Below are positions 28,801-42,700 of a stretch of DNA of 64,000 nucleotides, piece after piece. Both the position numbers and the translations under genes were made by a program. Source of the DNA: Azolla caroliniana. Its lineage: Eukaryota > Plantae > Polypodiophyta. Under the pieces are notes generated by a model. The model was not told the origin of the DNA. It made no database searches and was given only the letters and a program-made list of their open reading frames with translations. The stretch is taken from assembly GCA_043228905.1 (NCBI GenBank), contig JBHGNT010000021.1, forward strand, positions 62,001 through 126,000, read 5' to 3'. Each line of letters starts with the position of its first letter. Position 1 is the stretch's first letter.

Positions 28801-31800
28801 GCTAGCGTTGTTAGGTTTGATTCGCATGTTTGTACACAAAAATCCGATATCACACTCGCTATGTATGAACATTTTAATTTACTCAAGGGCTCCTCTCAAC
28901 TCACTCCTCAAATTTGGTAATTTCGTCATGTCTCTCGACCTGAGTTTCAAAATCTTGATTTTTTAATTCCATATCATAGCTAGCGTTGTTAGCTTCGATT
29001 CGCATGTTTGTACACAAATATCCGATATCACACTCGCTATGTATGAACATTTTAATTTACTCAAGGGCTCCTCTCAACTCACTCCTCAAATTTGCTAATT
29101 TCGTCATGTCTCTCGACATGAGTTTCAAAATCTTGCTTTTTTAATTCTAGATCATAGCTAGCGTTGTTAGGTTTGATTCGCATGTTTGAACACAAAATTC
29201 CGATATCACACTCGCTAGGTATGAACATTTTAATTTACTCAAGGGCCCCTCTCAACTCCCTCCTCAAATTTGGTAATTTCGTCATGTCTCTCGACCTGAG
29301 TTTCAAAATCTTGATTTTTTAATTCCATATCATAGCTAGCGTTGTTAGCTTCGATTCGCATGTTTGTAAACAAAAATCCGATATCACACTCGCTATGTAT
29401 GAACATTTTAATTTACTCAAGGGCTCCTCTCAACTCACTCCTCAAATTTGGTAATTTCGTCATGTCTCTCGACCTGAGTGTCAAAATCTTGATTTTTTAA
29501 TTCTAGATCATAGCTAGCGTTGTTAGGTTTGATTCGCATGTTTGAACACAAAATTCCGATATCACACTCGCTAGGTATGAACATTTTAATTTACTCAAGG
29601 GCTTCTCTCCACTCACTCCTCAAATTTGCTAATTTCGTCATGTCTCTCGACCTGAGTTTCAAAATCTTGATTTTTTAATTCTAGATCATAGCTAGCGTTG
29701 TTAGGTTTGATTCGCATGTTTGAACACAAAATTCCGATATCACACTCGCTAGGTATGAACATTTTAATTTACTCAAGGGCCCCTCTCAACTCCCTCCTCA
29801 AATTTGGTAATTTCGTCATGTCTCTCGACCTTAGTTTCAAAATCTTGATTTTTTAATTCCATATCATAGCTAGCGTTGTTAGCTTCGATTCGCATGTTTG
29901 TAAACAAAAATCCGATATCACACTCGCTATGTATGAACATTTTAATTCACTCAAGGGCTCCTCTCAACTCACTCCTCAAATTTGGTAATTTCGTCATGTC
30001 TCTCGACCTGAGTGTCAAAATCTTGATTTTTTAATTCTATATCATAGCCAGCGTTGTTAGCTTCGATTCGCATGTTTGAACACAAAAATCCGATATCACA
30101 CGAGCCAGGTATGAACATTTTAATTTACCTAATAGCTCTTCTTAACTCCCTCCTCAAATTTGGTAATTTCGTCATGTCTCTCGACCTGAGTTTCATAATC
30201 TTGATTTTTTAATTCCATGTCATAGCTAGCGTTGTTAGCTTCGATTCGCATGTTTGTACACAAAAATCCGATATCACACTCGCTAGGTATGACCATTTTA
30301 ATTTACTCAAGGGCTCCTCTCAACTCACTCCTCAAATTTGCTAATTTCGTCATGTCTCTCGACCTGAGTTTCAAAATCTTGATTTTTTAAGTCCATATCA
30401 TAGCTAGCGTTGTTGGCTTCGATTCGCATGTTTGAACACAAAAATCCGATATCACACTCGCTAGGTATGACCATTTTAATATACTCAAGGGCTCATCTCA
30501 ACTCACTCCTCAAAGTTGGTAATTTCGTCATGTCTCTCGACCTGAGTTTCAATATCTTGATTTTTTAAGTCCATATCATAGCTAGCGTTGTTAGCTTCGA
30601 TTCGCATGTTTGAACACAAAAATCCGATATCACACGAGCCAGGTATGAACATTTTAATTCACTCACGCGCTCTTCCAACCTCACTCCTCAAATTTGGTAA
30701 TTTCGTCATGTCTATCGCCTGGAGTTTCAAAATCTTGATTTTGTAATTCCATATCATAGCTAGCGTTGTTAGCTTCGATTCGCATGTTTGAACACAAAAA
30801 TCCGATATCACACGAGCTAGGTATGAACATTTTTATTTACTCAAGGGCTCCTCTCAACTCACTCCTCAAATTTGCTAATTTCGTCATGTCTCTCGACCTG
30901 AGTTTCAAAATCTTGATTTTTCAATTCCATATCATAGCTAGCGTTGTTAGCTTCGATTCGCATGTTTGTACACAAAATTCCGATATCACACTCACTAGGT
31001 ATGAACATTTTAATTTACTCAAGGGCTTCTCTCAACTCACTCCTCAAATTTGCTAATTTCGTCATGTCTGTCGACCTGAGTTTCAAAATCTTGATTTTTT
31101 AATTCCATATCATAGCTAGCGTTGTTAGCTTCGATTCGCATGTTTGTACACAAAATTCCGATATCACACTCGCTAGGTATGAACATTTTAATTTACTCAA
31201 GGGCTCCTCTCAACTCACTCCTCAAATTTGCTAATTCCGTCATGACTCTCGACCTGAGTTTCAAAATCTTGATTTTTTAATTCCATATCATAGCTAGCGT
31301 TGTTGGCTTCGATTCGCATGTTTGAACACAAAAATCCGATATCACACTCGCTAGGTATGACCATTTTAATATACTCAAGGGCTCATCTCAACTCACTCCT
31401 CAAAGTTGGTAATTTCGTCATGTCTCTCGACCTGAGTTTCAAAATCTTGATTTTTTAAGTCCATATCACAGCTAGCGTTGTTAGCTTCGATTCGCATGTT
31501 TGAACACAAAAATCCGATATCACACGAGCCAGGTATGAACATTTTAATTCACTCACGCGCTCTTCCAACCTCACTCCTCAAATTTGGTAATTTCGTCATG
31601 TCTCTCGCCTGGAGTTTCAAAATCTTGATTTTGTAATTCCATATCATAGCTAGCGTTGTTAGCTTCGATTCGCATGTTTGAACACAAAAATCCGATATCA
31701 CACGAGCTAGGTATGAACATTTTTATTTACTCAAGGGCTCCTCTCAACTCACTCCTCAAATTTGCTAATTTCGTCATGTCTCTCGACCTGAGTTTCAAAA

Positions 31801-34380
31801 TCTTGATTTTTCAATTCCATATCATAGCTAGCGTTGTTAGCTTCGATTCGCATGTTTGTACACAAAATTCCGATATCACACTCGCTAGGTATGAACATTT
31901 TAATTTACTCAAGGGCTCCTCTCAACTCACTCCTCAAATTTGGTAATTTCGTCATGTCTCTCGACCTGAGTGTCAAAATCTTGATTTTTTAATTCTATAT
32001 CATAGCTAGCGTTGTTAGGTTTGATTCGCATGTTTGTACACAAAAATCCGATATCACACTCGCTATGTATGAACATTTTAATTTACTCAAGGGCTCCTCT
32101 CAACTCACTCCTCAAATTTGGTAATTTCGTCATGTCTCTCGACCTGAGTTTCAAAATCTTGATTTTTTAATTCCATATCATAGCTAGCGTTGTTAGCTTC
32201 GATTCGCATGTTTGTACACAAATATCCGATATCACACTCGCTATGTATGAACATTTTAATTTACTCAAGGGCTCCTCTCAACTCACTCCTCAAATTTGCT
32301 AATTTCGTCATGTCTCTCGACATGAGTTTCAAAATCTTGCTTTTTTAATTCTAGATCATAGCTAGCGTTGTTAGGTTTGATTCGCATGTTTGAACACAAA
32401 ATTCCGATATCACACTCGCTAGGTATGAACATTTTAATTTACTCAAGGGCCCCTCTCAACTCCCTCCTCAAATTTGGTAATTTCGTCATGTCTCTCGACC
32501 TGAGTTTCAAAATCTTGATTTTTTAATTCCATATCATAGCTAGCGTTGTTAGCTTCGATTCGCATGTTTGTAAACAAAAATCCGATATCACACTCGCTAT
32601 GTATGAACATTTTAATTTACTCAAGGGCTCCTCTCAACTCACTCCTCAAATTTGGTAATTTCGTCATGTCTCTCGACCTGAGTGTCAAAATCTTGATTTT
32701 TTAATTCTAGATCATAGCTAGCGTTGTTAGGTTTGATTCGCATGTTTGAACACAAAATTCCGATATCACACTCGCTAGGTATGAACATTTTAATTTACTC
32801 AAGGGCTTCTCTCCACTCACTCCTCAAATTTGCTAATTTCGTCATGTCTCTCGACCTGAGTTTCAAAATCTTGATTTTTTAATTCTAGATCATAGCTAGC
32901 GTTGTTAGGTTTGATTCGCATGTTTGAACACAAAATTCCGATATCACACTCGCTAGGTATGAACATTTTAATTTACTCAAGGGCCCCTCTCAACTCCCTC
33001 CTCAAATTTGGTAATTTCGTCATGTCTCTCGACCTTAGTTTCAAAATCTTGATTTTTTAATTCCATATCATAGCTAGCGTTGTTAGCTTCGATTCGCATG
33101 TTTGTAAACAAAAATCCGATATCACACTCGCTATGTATGAACATTTTAATTCACTCAAGGGCTCCTCTCAACTCACTCCTCAAATTTGGTAATTTCGTCA
33201 TGTCTCTCGACCTGAGTGTCAAAATCTTGATTTTTTAATTCTATATCATAGCCAGCGTTGTTAGCTTCGATTCGCATGTTTGAACACAAAAATCCGATAT
33301 CACACGAGCCAGGTATGAACATTTTAATTTACCTAATAGCTCTTCTTAACTCCCTCCTCAAATTTGGTAATTTCGTCATGTCTCTCGACCTGAGTTTCAT
33401 AATCTTGATTTTTTAATTCCATGTCATAGCTAGCGTTGTTAGCTTCGATTCGCATGTTTGTACACAAAAATCCGATATCACACTCGCTAGGTATGACCAT
33501 TTTAATTTACTCAAGGGCTCCTCTCAACTCACTCCTCAAATTTGCTAATTTCGTCATGTCTCTCGACCTGAGTTTCAAAATCTTGATTTTTTAAGTCCAT
33601 ATCATAGCTAGCGTTGTTGGCTTCGATTCGCATGTTTGAACACAAAAATCCGATATCACACTCGCTAGGTATGACCATTTTAATATACTCAAGGGCTCAT
33701 CTCAACTCACTCCTCAAAGTTGGTAATTTCGTCATGTCTCTCGACCTGAGTTTCAATATCTTGATTTTTTAAGTCCATATCATAGCTAGCGTTGTTAGCT
33801 TCGATTCGCATGTTTGAACACAAAAATCCGATATCACACGAGCCAGGTATGAACATTTTAATTCACTCACGCGCTCTTCCAACCTCACTCCTCAAATTTG
33901 GTAATTTCGTCATGTCTATCGCCTGGAGTTTCAAAATCTTGATTTTGTAATTCCATATCATAGCTAGCGTTGTTAGCTTCGATTCGCATGTTTGAACACA
34001 AAAATCCGATATCACACGAGCTAGGTATGAACATTTTTATTTACTCAAGGGCTCCTCTCAACTCACTCCTCAAATTTGCTAATTTCGTCATGTCTCTCGA
34101 CCTGAGTTTCAAAATCTTGATTTTTCAATTCCATATCATAGCTAGCGTTGTTAGCTTCGATTCGCATGTTTGTACACAAAATTCCGATATCACACTCACT
34201 AGGTATGAACATTTTAATTTACTCAAGGGCTTCTCTCAACTCACTCCTCAAATTTGCTAATTTCGTCATGTCTGTCGACCTGAGTTTCAAAATCTTGATT
34301 TTTTAATTCCATATCATAGCTAGCGTTGTTAGCTTCGATTCGCATGTTTGTACACAAAATTCCGATATCACACTCGCTAG
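27910..34380. repeat. Near-perfect tandem 18-mer duplication (3204 bp x2)
   Basis: Paired rare variants: GACATGAG (29115/32319), TTTCAATATC (30547/33751), TCTATCGCC (~30711/33915), GTCATGTCTGTCG (31061/34265); ORFs 28452/31656 and 30766/33970. Confidence 0.92.
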
Positions 34381-36920
34381 GTATGAATATTTTAATTTAC
34401 TCAAGGGCTTCTCTCAACTCACTCCTCAAATTTGCTAATTTCGTCATGTCTCTCGACCTGAGTTTCAAAATCTTGATTTTTCAATTCCATATGATAGCTA
34501 GCGTTGTTAGCTTCGATTCGCATGTTTGTACACAAAAATCCGATATCACACTCGCTAGGTATGACCCTTTTAATTTACTCAAGGGCTCCTCTCAACTCAC
34601 TCCTCAAATTTGCTAATTTCGTCATGTCTCTCGACCTGAGTTTCAAAATCTTGATTTTTCAATTCCATATGATAGCTAGCGTTGTTAGCTTCGATTCGCA
34701 TGTTTGTACACAAAAATCCGATATCACACTCGCTAGGTATGACCCTTTTAATTTACTCAAGGGCTCCTCTCAACTCACTCCTCAAATTTGGTAATTTCGT
34801 CATGTCTCTCGACCTGAGTGTCAAAATCTTGATTTTTTAATTCTAGATCATAGCTAGCGTTGTTAGGTTTGATTCGCATGTTTGAACACAAAATTCCGAT
34901 ATCACACTCGCTAGGTATGAACATTTTAATTTACTCAAGGGCTTCTCTCAACTCACTCCTCAAATTTGCTAATTTCGTCATGTCTCTCGACCTGAGTTTC
35001 AAAATCTTGATTTTTTAATTCTAGATCATAGCTAGCGTTGTTAGGTTTGATTCGCATGTTTGAACACAAAATTCCGATATCACACTCGCTAGGTATGAAC
35101 ATTTTAATTTACTCAAGGGCCCCTCTCAACTCCCTCCTCAAATTTGGTAATTTCGTCATGTCTCTCGACCTTAGTTTCAAAATCTTGATTTTTTAATTCC
35201 ATATCATAGCTAGCGTTGTTAGCTTCGATTCGCATGTTTGTAAACAAAAATCCGATATCACACTCGCTATGTATGAACATTTTAATTTACTCAAGGGCTC
35301 CTCTCAACTCACTCCTCAAATTTGGTAATTTCGTCATGTCTCTCGACCTGAGTGTCAAAATCTTGATTTTTTAATTCTATATCATAGCCAGCGTTGTTAG
35401 CTTCGATTCGCATGTTTGAACACAAAAATCCGATATCACACGAGCCAGGTATGAACATTTTAATTTACCTAATAGCTCTTCTTAACTCCCTCCTCAAATT
35501 TGGTAATTTCGTCATGTCTCTCGACCTGAGTTTCATAATCTTGATTTTTTAATTCCATGTCATAGCTAGCGTTGTTAGCTTCGATTCGCATGTTTGTACA
35601 CAAAAATCCGATATCACACTCGCTAGGTATGACCATTTTAATTTACTCAAGGGCTCCTCTCAACTCACTCCTCAAATTTGCTAATTTCGTCATGTCTCTC
35701 GACCTGAGTTTCAAAATCTTGATTTTTTAAGTCCATATCATAGCTAGCGTTGTTGGCTTCGATTCGCATGTTTGAACACAAAAATCCGATATCACACTCG
35801 CTAGGTATGACCATTTTAATATACTCAAGGGCTCATCTCAACTCACTCCTCAAAGTTGGTAATTTCGTCATGTCTCTCGACCTGAGTTTCAAAATCTTGA
35901 TTTTTTAAGTCCATATCATAGCTAGCGTTGTTAGCTTCGATTCGCATGTTTGAACACAAAAATCCGATATCACACGAGCCAGGTATGAACATTTTAATTC
36001 ACTCACGCGCTCTTCCAACCTCACTCCTCAAATTTGGTAATTTCGTCATGTCTCTCGCCTGGAGTTTCAAAATCTTGATTTTGTAATTCCATATCATAGC
36101 TAGCGTTGTTAGCTTCGATTCGCATGTTTGAACACAAAAATCCGATATCACACGAGCTAGGTATGAACATTTTTATTTACTCAAGGGCTCCTCTCAACTC
36201 ACTCCTCAAATTTGCTAATTTCGTCATGTCTCTCGACCTGAGTTTCAAAATCTTGATTTTTCAATTCCATATCATAGCTAGCGTTGTTAGCTTCGATTCG
36301 CATGTTTGTACACAAAATTCCGATATCACACTCACTAGGTATGAACATTTTAATTTACTCAAGGGCTTCTCTCAACTCACTCCTCAAATTTGCTAATTTC
36401 GTCATGTCTGTCGACCTGAGTTTCAAAATCTTGATTTTTTAATTCCATATCATAGCTAGCGTTGTTAGCTTCGATTCGCATGTTTGTACACAAAATTCCG
36501 ATATCACACTCGCTAGGTATGAACATTTTAATTTACTCAAGGGCTTCTCTCAACTCACTCCTCAAATTTGCTAATTTCGTCATGTCTCTCGACCTGAGTT
36601 TCAAAATCTTGATTTTTCAATTCCATATGATAGCTAGCGTTGTTAGCTTCGATTCGCATGTTTGTACACAAAAATCCGATATCACACTCGCTAGGTATGA
36701 CCCTTTTAATTTACTCAAGGGCTCCTCTCAACTCACTCCTCAAATTTGCTAATTTCGTCATGTCTCTCGACCTGAGTTTCAAAATCTTGATTTTTCAATT
36801 CCATATGATAGCTAGCGTTGTTAGCTTCGATTCGCATGTTTGTACACAAAAATCCGATATCACACTCGCTAGGTATGACCCTTTTAATTTACTCAAGGGC
36901 TCCTCTCAACTCACTCCTCA
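32640..36920. repeat. Tandem 12-mer duplication (2136 bp)
   Basis: ORF pairs 33970/36106, 34326/36462, 34504/36640; shared CTCACTAGG and TCTGTCGAC variants. Confidence 0.87.
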
Positions 36921-39759
36921 AATTTGCTAATTCCGTCATGACTCTCGACCTGAGTTTCAAAATCTTGATTTTTTAATTCTAGATCATAGCTAGCGTTGTT
37001 AGCTTCGATTCGCATGTTTGTACACAAAAATCCGATATCACACTCGCTAGGTATGACCCTTTTAATTTACTCAAGGGCTCCTCTCAACTCCCTCCTCAAA
37101 TTTGGTAATTTCGTCATGTCTCTCGACCTGAGTTTCAAAATCTTGATTTTTTAATTCCATATCATAGCTAGCGTTGTTAGCTTCGATTCGCATGTTTGTA
37201 CACAAAAATCCGATATCACACTCGCTATGTATGAACATTTTAATTTACTCAAGGGCTCCTCTCAACTCACTCCTCAAATTTGGTAATTTCGTCATGTCTC
37301 TCGACCTGAGTGTCAAAATCTTGATTTTTTAATTCTATATCATAGCTAACGTTGTTAGCTTCGATTCGCATGTTTGAACACAAAAATCCGATATCACACG
37401 AGCCAGGTATGAACATTTTAATTTACCTAATAGCTCTTCTTAACTCCCTCCTCAAATTTGGTAATTTCGTCATGTCTCTCGACCTGAGTTTCATAATCTT
37501 GATTTTTTAATTCCATGTCATAGCTAGCGTTGTTGGCTTCGATTCGCATGTTTGAACACAAAAATCCGATATCACACTCGCTAGGTATGACCATTTTAAT
37601 ATACTCAAGGGCTCATCTCAACTCACTCCTCAAAGTTGGTAATTTCGTCATGTCTCTCGACCTGAGTTTCAAAATCTTGATTTTTTAAGTCCATATCATA
37701 GCTAGGGTTGTTGGCTTCGATTCGCATGTTTGAACACAAAAATCCGATATCACACTCGCTAGGTATGACCATTTTAATATACTCAAGGGCTCATCTCAAC
37801 TCACTCCTCAAAGTTGGTAATTTCGTCATGTCTCTCGACCTGAGTTTCAAAATCTTGCTTTTTTAATTCTAGATCATAGCTAGCGTTGTTAGGTTTGATT
37901 CGCATGTTTGAACACAAAATTCCGATATCACACTCGCTAGGTATGAACATTTTAATTTACTCAAGGGCCCCTCTCAACTCCCTCCTCAAATTTGGTAATT
38001 TCGTCATGTCTCTCGACCTGAGTTTCAAAATCTTGATTTTTTAATTCCATATCATAGCTAGCGTTGTTAGCTTCGATTCGCATGTTTGTAAACAAAAATC
38101 CGATATCACACTCGCTATGTATGAACATTTTAATTTACTCAAGGGCTCCTCTCAACTCACTCCTCAAATTTGGTAATTTCGTCATGTCTCTCGACCTGAG
38201 TGTCAAAATCTTGATTTTTTAATTCTAGATCATAGCTAGCGTTGTTAGGTTTGATTCGCATGTTTGAACACAAAATTCCGATATCACACTCGCTAGGTAT
38301 GAACATTTTAATTTACTCAAGGGCTTCTCTCAACTCACTCCTCAAATTTGCTAATTTCGTCATGTCTCTCGACCTGAGTTTCAAAATCTTGATTTTTTAA
38401 TTCTAGATCATAGCTAGCGTTGTTAGGTTTGATTCGCATGTTTGAACACAAAATTCCGATATCACACTCGCTAGGTATGAACATTTTAATTTACTCAAGG
38501 GCCCCTCTCAACTCCCTCCTCAAATTTGGTAATTTCGTCATGTCTCTCGACCTTAGTTTCAAAATCTTGATTTTTTAATTCCATATCATAGCTAGCGTTG
38601 TTAGCTTCGATTCGCATGTTTGTAAACAAAAATCCGATATCACACTCGCTATGTATGAACATTTTAATTTACTCAAGGGCTCCTCTCAACTCACTCCTCA
38701 AATTTGGTAATTTCGTCATGTCTCTCGACCTGAGTGTCAAAATCTTGATTTTTTAATTCTATATCATAGCCAGCGTTGTTAGCTTCGATTCGCATGTTTG
38801 AACACAAAAATCCGATATCACACGAGCCAGGTATGAACATTTTAATTTACCTAATAGCTCTTCTTAACTCCCTCCTCAAATTTGGTAATTTCGTCATGTC
38901 TCTCGACCTGAGTTTCATAATCTTGATTTTTTAATTCCATGTCATAGCTAGCGTTGTTAGCTTCGATTCGCATGTTTGTACACAAAAATCCGATATCACA
39001 CTCGCTAGGTATGACCATTTTAATTTACTCAAGGGCTCCTCTCAACTCACTCCTCAAATTTGCTAATTTCGTCATGTCTCTCGACCTGAGTTTCAAAATC
39101 TTGATTTTTTAAGTCCATATCATAGCTAGCGTTGTTGGCTTCGATTCGCATGTTTGAACACAAAAATCCGATATCACACTCGCTAGGTATGACCATTTTA
39201 ATATACTCAAGGGCTCATCTCAACTCACTCCTCAAAGTTGGTAATTTCGTCATGTCTCTCGACCTGAGTTTCAAAATCTTGATTTTTTAAGTCCATATCA
39301 CAGCTAGCGTTGTTAGCTTCGATTCGCATGTTTGAACACAAAAATCCGATATCACACGAGCCAGGTATGAACATTTTAATTCACTCACGCGCTCTTCCAA
39401 CCTCACTCCTCAAATTTGGTAATTTCGTCATGTCTCTCACCTGGAGTTTCAAAATCTTGATTTTGTAATTCCATATCATAGCTAGCGTTGTTAGCTTCGA
39501 TTCGCATGTTTGAACACAAAAATCCGATATCACACGAGCTAGGTATGCACATTTTTATTTACTCAAGGGCTCCTCTCAACTCACTCCTCAAATTTGCTAG
39601 TTTCGTCATGTCTCTCGACCTGAGTTTCAAAATCTTGATTTTTCAATTCCATATCATAGCTAGCGTTGTTAGCTTCGATTCGCATGTTTGTACACAAAAT
39701 TCCGATATCACACTCGCTAGGTATGAACATTTTAATTTACTCAAGGGCTCCTCTCAACT

Positions 39760-42700
39760 CACTCCTCAAATTTGGTAATTTCGTCATGTCTCTCGACCTG
39801 AGTGTCAAAATCTTGATTTTTTAATTCTATATCATAGCCAGCGTTGTTAGCTTCGATTCGCATGTTTGAACACAAAAATCCGATATCACACGAGCCAGGT
39901 ATGAACATTTTAATTTACCTAATAGCTCTTCTTAACTCCCTCCTCAAATTTGGTAATTTCGTTATGTCTCTCGACCTGAGTTTCATAATCTTGATTTTTT
40001 AATTCCATGTCATAGCTAGCGTTGTTGGCTTCGATTCGCATGTTTGAACACAAAAATCCGATATCACACTCGCTAGGTATGACCATTTTAATATACTCAA
40101 GGGCTCATCTCAACTCACTCCTCAAAGTTGGTAATTTCGTCATGTCTCTCGACCTGAGTTTCAAAATCTTGATTTTTTTAGTCCATATCATAGCTAGCGT
40201 TGTTGGCTTCGATTCGCATGTTTGAACACAAAAATCCGATATCACACTCGCTAGGTATGACCATTTTAATATACTCAAGGGCTCATCTCAACTCACTCCT
40301 CAAAGTTGGTAATTTCGTCATGTCTCTCGACCTGAGTTTCAAAATCTTGATTTTTTAAGTCCATATCATAGCTAGCGTTGTTAGCTTCGATTCGCATGTT
40401 TGAACACAAAAATCCGATATCACACGAGCCAGGTATGAACATTTTAATTCACTCACGCGCTCTTCCAACCTCACTCCTCAAATTTGGTAATTTCGTCATG
40501 TCTCTCGCCTGGAGTTTCAAAATCTTGATTTTGTAATTCCATATCATAGCTAGCGTTGTTAGCTTCGATTCGCATGTTTGAACACAAAAATCCGATATCA
40601 CACGAGCTAGGTATGAACATTTTTATTTACTCAAGGGCTCCTCTCAACTCACTCCTCAAATTTGCTAATTTCGTCATGTCTCTCGACCTTAGTTTCAAAA
40701 TCTTGCTTTTTTAATTCTAGATCATAGCTAGCGTTGTTAGCTTCGATTCGCATGTTTGTACACAAAAATCCGATATCACACTCGCTAGGTATGAACATTT
40801 TAATTTACTCAAGGGCTCCTCTCAACTCACTCCTCAAATTTGGTAATTTCGTCATGTCTCTCGACCTTAGTTTCAAAATCTTGATTTTGTAATTCCATAT
40901 CATAGCTAGCGTTGTTAGCTTCGATTCGCATGTTTGAACACAAAAATCCGATATCACACGAGCTAGGTATGAATATTTTTATTTACTCAAGGGCTCCTCT
41001 CAACTCACTCCTCAAATTTGCTAATTTCGTCATGTCTCTCGACCTGAGTTTCAAAATCTTGATTTTTCAATTCCATATCATAGCTAGCGTTGTTAGCTTC
41101 GATTCGCATGTTTGTACACAAAAATCCGATATCACACTCGCTAGGTATGACCATTTTAATTTACTCAAGGGCTCCTCTCAACTCACTCCTCAAATTTGCT
41201 AATTCCGTCATGACTCTCGACCTGAGTTTCAAAATCTTGCTTTTTTAATTCTAGATCATAGCTAGCGTTGTTAGGTTTGATTCGCATGTTAGAACACAAA
41301 ATTCCGATATCACACTCGCTAGGTATGAACATTTTAATTTACTCAAGGGCCCCTCTCAACTCCCTCCTCAAATTTGGTAATTTCGTCATGTCTCTCGACC
41401 TTAGTTTCAAAATCTTGATTTTTTAATTCTATATCATAGCTAGCGTTGTTAGCTTCGATTCGCATGTTTGAACACAAAAATCCGATATCACACTCGCTAG
41501 GTATGACCATTTTAATTTACTCAAGGGCTCCTCTCAACTCACTCCTCAAATTTGCTAATTCCGTCATGACTCTCGACCTGAGTTTCAAAATCTTGCTTTT
41601 TTAATTCTAGATCATAGCTAGCGTTGTTAGGTTTGATTCGCATGTTTGAACACAAAATTCCGATATCACACTCGCTAGGTATGAACATTTTAATTTACTC
41701 AAGGGCCCCTCTCAACTCCCTCCTCAAATTTGGTAATTTCGTCATGTCTCTCGACCTTAGTTTCAAAATCTTGATTTTTTAATTCCATATCATAGCTAGC
41801 GTTGTTAGCTTCGATTCGCATGTTTGTAAACAAAAATCCGATATCACACTCGCTATGTATGAACATTTTAATTTACTCAAGGGCTCCTCTCAACTCACTC
41901 CTCAAATTTGGTAATTTCGTCATGTCTCTCGACCTGAGTGTCAAAATCTTGATTTTTTAATTCTATATCATAGCCAGCGTTGTTAGCTTCGATTCGCATG
42001 TTTGAACACAAAAATCCGATATCACACGAGCCAGGTATGAACATTTTAATTTACCTAATAGCTCTTCTTAACTCCCTCCTCAAATTTGGTAATTTCGTCA
42101 TGTCTCTCGACCTGAGTTTCATAATCTTGATTTTTTAATTCCATGTCATAGCTAGCGTTGTTAGCTTCGATTCGCATGTTTGTACACAAAAATCCGATAT
42201 CACACTCGCTAGGTATGACCATTTTAATTTACTCAAGGGCTCCTCTCAACTCACTCCTCAAATTTGCTAATTTCGTCATGTCTCTCGACCTGAGTTTCAA
42301 AATCTTGATTTTTTAAGTCCATATCATAGCTAGCGTTGTTGGCTTCGATTCGCATGTTTGAACACAAAAATCCGATATCACACTCGCTAGGTATGACCAT
42401 TTTAATATACTCAAGGGCTCATCTCAACTCACTCCTCAAAGTTGGTAATTTCGTCATGTCTCTCGACCTGAGTTTCAAAATCTTGATTTTTTAAGTCCAT
42501 ATCATAGCTAGCGTTGTTAGCTTCGATTCGCATGTTTGAACACAAAAATCCGATATCACACGAGCCAGGTATGAACATTTTAATTCACTCACGCGCTCTT
42601 CCAACCTCACTCCTCAAATTTGGTAATTTCGTCATGTCTATCGCCTGGAGTTTCAAAATCTTGATTTTGTAATTCCATATCATAGCTAGCGTTGTTAGCT